Positions 55,092-58,235 of a DNA stretch of 58,235 bases are shown here, piece after piece. Each line of letters begins with the position of its first letter. Position 1 is the stretch's first letter. Source of the DNA: Actinomycetota bacterium (GTDB lineage: Bacteria > Actinomycetota > Actinomycetes > Nanopelagicales > Nanopelagicaceae); contig JAPLBA010000065.1 in NCBI GenBank assembly GCA_026393015.1, forward strand, positions 1-58,235. The letters run 5' to 3'. The notes under the pieces were generated by a model. It searched no databases and was not told the origin of the DNA. It saw only the letters and a program-made list of their open reading frames with translations. The translations under genes were made by a program, and so were the position numbers.

Positions 55092-55828
55092 TGAGTGCGT
55101 TGCAGATTGTGGTCATTCACCCCGAGCTACTTGGGACCTATGGAGACATTGGGAATGCGCGCATTTTGGCGCACCGGGCACGAATGCGCGGAATACCTGC
55201 GGAGATTATTTTCACCCCACATAATCAACCCTTACCTACCATGGGTGATATTTACTTATTAGGTGGCGGCGAGGATCGTGCGCAAATCGCTAGCGTTGAG
55301 GCGCTGCGATCTTCGCTGGGCGTGTTGGGCGGTGCACTCGATCGCGGCGCGCAACTCTTTGCAGTCTGTGCTGGCTTACAAATTCTTGGCGAATCTTTCC
55401 CAGGAGTGAATGGAGAAATTATCGCTGGTCTTGGAATGGTCCCGATTGTTTCGCTACCTGGAAGTGATCGCATCGTGGGCGAGGTACTTGTGAAATCTGA
55501 TCTCTTTACCGAGCCGCTGACGGGTTTTGAAAACCATCGTGGGCGTACGGACCTGGGTGGCCTGAGGCCACTCGGCCGAGTTCTCGTAGGAGGGGGAAAT
55601 GGTGGGGCGGCGATTGCGATCAATGAACGAGTCGATGGCTTCATAGCAGGCACCATCTTGGCGACCTATCTCCATGGCCCCGCCCTCGCGCGAAACCCCG
55701 TTCTCGCCGACCACTTGCTCTCCGAGGTAGTGGGCGCCCTAACGAAAGTGCCACAAGGTGAAGAGATTGCCGAACTCCTCGCGTTCGAACGGCGAAGGGC
55801 GCTGAGCGCTGCTAATTTTGGCAAATAA
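55088..55828 (+). CDS. gatD: lipid II isoglutaminyl synthase, glutaminase subunit (CobQ/GatD-like)
   Basis: ATGA overlap with murT. It has the type-1 amidotransferase nucleophile motif (FAVCAGLQILG) and a C-terminal His (YLHGP). Confidence 0.85.
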   Translation: MMSALQIVVIHPELLGTYGDIGNARILAHRARMRGIPAEIIFTPHNQPLPTMGDIYLLGGGEDRAQIASVEALRSSLGVLGGALDRGAQLFAVCAGLQILGESFPGVNGEIIAGLGMVPIVSLPGSDRIVGEVLVKSDLFTEPLTGFENHRGRTDLGGLRPLGRVLVGGGNGGAAIAINERVDGFIAGTILATYLHGPALARNPVLADHLLSEVVGALTKVPQGEEIAELLAFERRRALSAANFGK

Positions 55829-55918
55829 TCCAGATCTCTCGCAGAATTCTCACAGGCAGCTTTTGCATAATAATTTTAATATTTGAGTGAACTAGCAGAT
55901 GTAGTGAAGGAGCAATCA

Positions 55919-57349
55919 GTGAGCGCAGAAAAGCTAGTGGAGTCGGACTCTTTGATGAGTCCACCGAGCGGCTTTCGCCGAATATTTAGCAGAGGCGCAG
56001 GTAACGGCGCCAAGGTCGGCGCGGGATTTCTGGTGGGGGCTCTGCTCGTGGGCGGGGGCGCATTTGCCGCCAACACGATTTCTTCTTCGGATTCCATTAA
56101 TGCCTGTGTGAATAACACCACTCGAGTCATCACTATTGCGCCGACGAGTGGCAAGTGCCCCACGGGTACTCGCGCGCTCACGTGGAATATTGCTGGACCG
56201 CAAGGCCCAGTAGGCCCAGTGGGCCCTGCAGGTGCTGCGGGCGCAAACGGCGCACCGGGTCCAGCTGGTTCAGCTGGTCTAGCTGGAGCAACAGGTGCGC
56301 AAGGTTCGGCAGGAGTGGCAGGGAATTCGGGAAGTGCAGGGAGTGCGGGAAGTGCAGGGAGTGCGGGAAGTACGGGAAGTACCAGCAACTCGAACACTTC
56401 ATTCAGCGTGACCTCGATTGCAAATGCTCTCCTGCCTTCGGTGGTCAGTATTGCAATCACTACTCGGACGGGTAGTGTGGCCGGATCTGGTTCCATCATT
56501 AAGTCGAGTGCAACTTCCACATTTATTTTGACGAATAACCACGTTATTTCAGGCGCTACAAAGGTCACCGTCGAGTTAGAAGATGGCACCGAACTTGAGG
56601 GCCAAATTGTTGGCTTTGATGTTGCCTACGATCTTGCGGTTGTGATGGTCAATCAAGGGAATCTGCCCGTGGCAAACTTCGGGGATTCTTCAAAGGTTGT
56701 TATTGGTGAGCCGGTAGTAGCAATCGGATCTCCACTTGGTTTATCCGGAACAGTCACGAGCGGCATCATCTCCTCACTCGATCGTCCGGTCACTACCGGA
56801 GGTACGGGATCGGAGACGTACATCAACGCCTTACAAACTGATGCCGCGGTGAATCCAGGAAATTCAGGTGGTCCGTTGGTTAACGCCCAGAGCCTGATCA
56901 TTGGCGTAAATAGCGCAATCGCTTCATTGGGTAGCGCTACTTCCTCCACCGGAAGTATTGGGTTGGGTTTTGCAATTCCGATCAATCAAGCCAAACGGAT
57001 TTCAAACGAAATAATTGCAACTGCAAAGATCGTGGGAACAAAGGTCACTTTGGCGGGAGTATCAACCCGGCCCCTTCTTGGGGTCTCCTTCGATACAAGT
57101 TACGCGGGGTCTGGCGCGAAGATCTACGCGTTGACGGCTGGCGGTGGGGCGGAGGTGGCCGGCATTCCAGCCAACAGTGTGATTAAGGCGATCGATGGGA
57201 AGAGCACGAAAGATAACATCGAGGCGATCGTGCGCATTCGCTCGTATGACCCAGGTGCCAGCATCAAAGTCACCGTTGACCTGCCAAACTCTGGTGGCAG
57301 CCGGACCTTTACTGTCACGCTCGGATCGGCTCCGTCTAATAGCGCCTAG
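55919..57349 (+). CDS. membrane-anchored HtrA-family S1C protease with a collagen-like G-X-Y stalk and a PDZ domain
   Basis: AAGGAG lies 6 nt upstream of GTG 55919; the track ORF opens at TTG 55883. Order of elements: TM helix, Cys-x16-Cys module, 21 G-X-Y triplets, protease motifs (TNNHVI, GNSGGPLV), PDZ (AGIPANSVIKAIDG). Confidence 0.8.
   Translation: MSAEKLVESDSLMSPPSGFRRIFSRGAGNGAKVGAGFLVGALLVGGGAFAANTISSSDSINACVNNTTRVITIAPTSGKCPTGTRALTWNIAGPQGPVGPVGPAGAAGANGAPGPAGSAGLAGATGAQGSAGVAGNSGSAGSAGSAGSAGSTGSTSNSNTSFSVTSIANALLPSVVSIAITTRTGSVAGSGSIIKSSATSTFILTNNHVISGATKVTVELEDGTELEGQIVGFDVAYDLAVVMVNQGNLPVANFGDSSKVVIGEPVVAIGSPLGLSGTVTSGIISSLDRPVTTGGTGSETYINALQTDAAVNPGNSGGPLVNAQSLIIGVNSAIASLGSATSSTGSIGLGFAIPINQAKRISNEIIATAKIVGTKVTLAGVSTRPLLGVSFDTSYAGSGAKIYALTAGGGAEVAGIPANSVIKAIDGKSTKDNIEAIVRIRSYDPGASIKVTVDLPNSGGSRTFTVTLGSAPSNSA
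56195..56383 (+). repeat. collagen-like region: 21 uninterrupted G-X-Y codon triplets, with a near-perfect 9/18-bp DNA repeat at 56321-56382
   Basis: GPQ GPV GPV GPA GAA GAN GAP GPA GSA GLA GAT GAQ GSA GVA GNS GSA GSA GSA GSA GST GST. The DNA unit gggaagtgcagggagtgc is repeated exactly. Confidence 0.9.
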
Positions 57350-57378
57350 GTCGCCTAGGTCGTCTAGGTCGTCTAGGT
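57343..57378. repeat. 9-bp tandem repeat x4 (cgyctaggt), each carrying an in-frame TAG
   Basis: The first unit contains the protease stop codon (TAG 57347-57349). Confidence 0.95.
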
Positions 57379-57442
57379 TATTTGGGTTATTGGGTTATTG
57401 GGTGATTGGGTTATTGGGTTATTGGGTTATTGGGTTATTGGG
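57379..57442. repeat. 8-bp tandem repeat x8 (ttattggg)
   Basis: It directly abuts the 9-bp array. The last unit contains the stop codon (TAA, minus strand, 57435-57437) of the convergent DUF1638 gene. Confidence 0.95.
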
Positions 57443-58112
57443 TAGCGCGCAGTAGTAGCGCCAACTGACGTTCCAGGCCGATAGTTCCGACCACTTCGAT
57501 TTCTAGTGGCAGGCCAATTGCCTCCGCTCCTTGAATCGCAAGTGCGCGAAGTTCGTCAGTGGGCTGTTGGGCGAGCCAAAGCACGCGGCGGTAGTGGGCA
57601 AAGTAATCCGGGCGCAGTTCAGGGTAGCGGTCTAAGCCAAGTTCTACGATCACTGATCGGTAAAACGAACGTACGAGATAATCGGTGAGGTAGTAGGTGC
57701 CGGGTTCTTCTTCCATGATTTCGGAAATGCGCTCTGGAGATGCAAAGACGTCGTAGCAATGAGCGCCAGCGAGCCGAGGAATATTGAACTCCTCAACGAC
57801 TCCGTCAAGCGCACCGTAAGTACCACAATCTGCGTACGCGATTGCCACACGCTTATGTGCGGAAATAACATCGGGGAGTAATCCGCGTACTGTGCCGGCA
57901 ATCTTCTCTGGGTGATTATGTAGGAGCGGGGGGAGCGGGTAGATCTTCAGTGACCATCCGCGCCGTTCACTTATTTCCGATATTTCCGTAGCGAGCGCAC
58001 CGCAGGCCACCACTGCCCACTCCTTCACGCTGCTCTCCATACGAGCGCTGCTCTCCATACGAGCGCTGCTCTCCATACGAGCGCTGCTCTCCATACGAGC
58101 GCTGCTCTCCAT
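57435..58112 (-). CDS. DUF1638-like protein with a reiterated (MESSAR)n N-terminus
   Basis: Core pattern VVACGAL...PPLLHNHPEKI...IAYADCGTYGALD...RLAGAHCYDVF resembles DUF1638. Five in-frame ATGs are supplied by an 18-bp repeat, so the true start is undetermined. Confidence 0.6.
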   Translation of the reverse strand: MESSARMESSARMESSARMESSARMESSVKEWAVVACGALATEISEISERRGWSLKIYPLPPLLHNHPEKIAGTVRGLLPDVISAHKRVAIAYADCGTYGALDGVVEEFNIPRLAGAHCYDVFASPERISEIMEEEPGTYYLTDYLVRSFYRSVIVELGLDRYPELRPDYFAHYRRVLWLAQQPTDELRALAIQGAEAIGLPLEIEVVGTIGLERQLALLLRATQ

Positions 58113-58118
58113 ACGCGC
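58029..58118. repeat. 18-bp tandem repeat x5 (minus-strand unit GCTCGTATGGAGAGCAGC)
   Basis: Direct reading. Each unit contains an ATG and a GGAGAG element. Confidence 0.95.
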
Positions 58119-58127
58119 GTCGCGCTC

Positions 58128-58235
58128 TTACTTCGCTGGGAAAGCGAGGCGATCCACGAACTTGTCGTTGAAATCGCTTCGATCGGAGAGTTCAACATAA
58201 TCGATTTCTTCGAGCAGGGCTAGTGCTCCCTTGCG
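58128..58235 (-). CDS. 3' end of an unidentified gene (partial, runs off the window)
   Basis: Open minus-strand frame ...RKGALALLEEIDYVELSDRSDFNDKFVDRLAFPAK, with TAA at 58128-58130, 15 nt upstream of the first ATG of the DUF1638 gene. Confidence 0.4.
   Translation of the reverse strand, partial: RKGALALLEEIDYVELSDRSDFNDKFVDRLAFPAK

Noticed and set aside
55876-56589. A 237-aa minus-strand ORF rich in PALPALPALP and PAGP.
   Set aside because: It is the antisense reading of the G-X-Y/GSA codon repeats and of the HtrA N-terminus. The plus-strand protein has clear protease and PDZ motifs plus an SD.
21506-58118. Whether any of the repeat arrays is a CRISPR array.
   Set aside because: The units are contiguous with no spacers and only 8-24 bp long, with at most 8 copies. 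No cas genes are present in the window.
1-58235. Mobile elements, prophage genes, toxin-antitoxin pairs or known defence systems.
   Set aside because: No transposase, integrase, phage structural, restriction-modification, Cas or abortive-infection signatures were recognised in any of the supplied ORF translations.

Overview
This window is a densely packed core chromosomal region of an actinobacterium (Actinomycetota). The assignment rests on gene content and order recalled from mycobacteria and other actinomycetes: birA-purK-purE, dapD/dapE, O-methyltransferase-htrA-tatB-mrp, zur...glyS-dus-dgt-dnaG-tRNA-Asn, and murT-gatD. No database search was possible. Most genes overlap or lie less than 15 bp apart, so a streamlined genome is an inference. 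I support about 65 CDS and one tRNA-Asn(GTT), and found no rRNA, CRISPR, transposase or integrase. Functional blocks: (1) purine and biotin genes. (2) A cell-wall glycopolymer locus at 5.8-17.2 kb with an LCP ligase, GT2, a TagG/TagH-like ABC exporter, GT4, a WbpD/E/B/A-like UDP-diacetamido-uronic-acid set and a SpoIID/CWB2-like protein. (3) dapD/dapE, LOG, DUF3117 (a 59-aa gene absent from the ORF track) and pepA. (4) htrA-tatB-mrp, but without sigE/rseA. (5) An MgtE_N-CBS protein coupled to DUF1003. (6) A DEAD helicase, TetR, MoeZ and DagK. (7) A degenerate GGDEF protein next to a minimal Tad-like pilus locus. (8) A ZIP-zur operon. (9) glyS through dnaG. (10) An OmpR/HK two-component system followed on the same strand by a secreted protein, murT-gatD and a second HtrA. 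Three signals stand out. First, at least a dozen sequence-unrelated short tandem-repeat arrays (8-24 bp units) sit almost exclusively on gene boundaries. One reiterates an SD-plus-ATG unit five times, and another pair fills a convergent spacer with stop codons. Second, an HtrA protease carries 21 uninterrupted collagen-like G-X-Y triplets. Third, an 18-bp perfect palindrome fused to a 14-bp x4 array lies upstream of the two-component system. Start codons are often ambiguous, and all functional calls come from motif recognition by eye.
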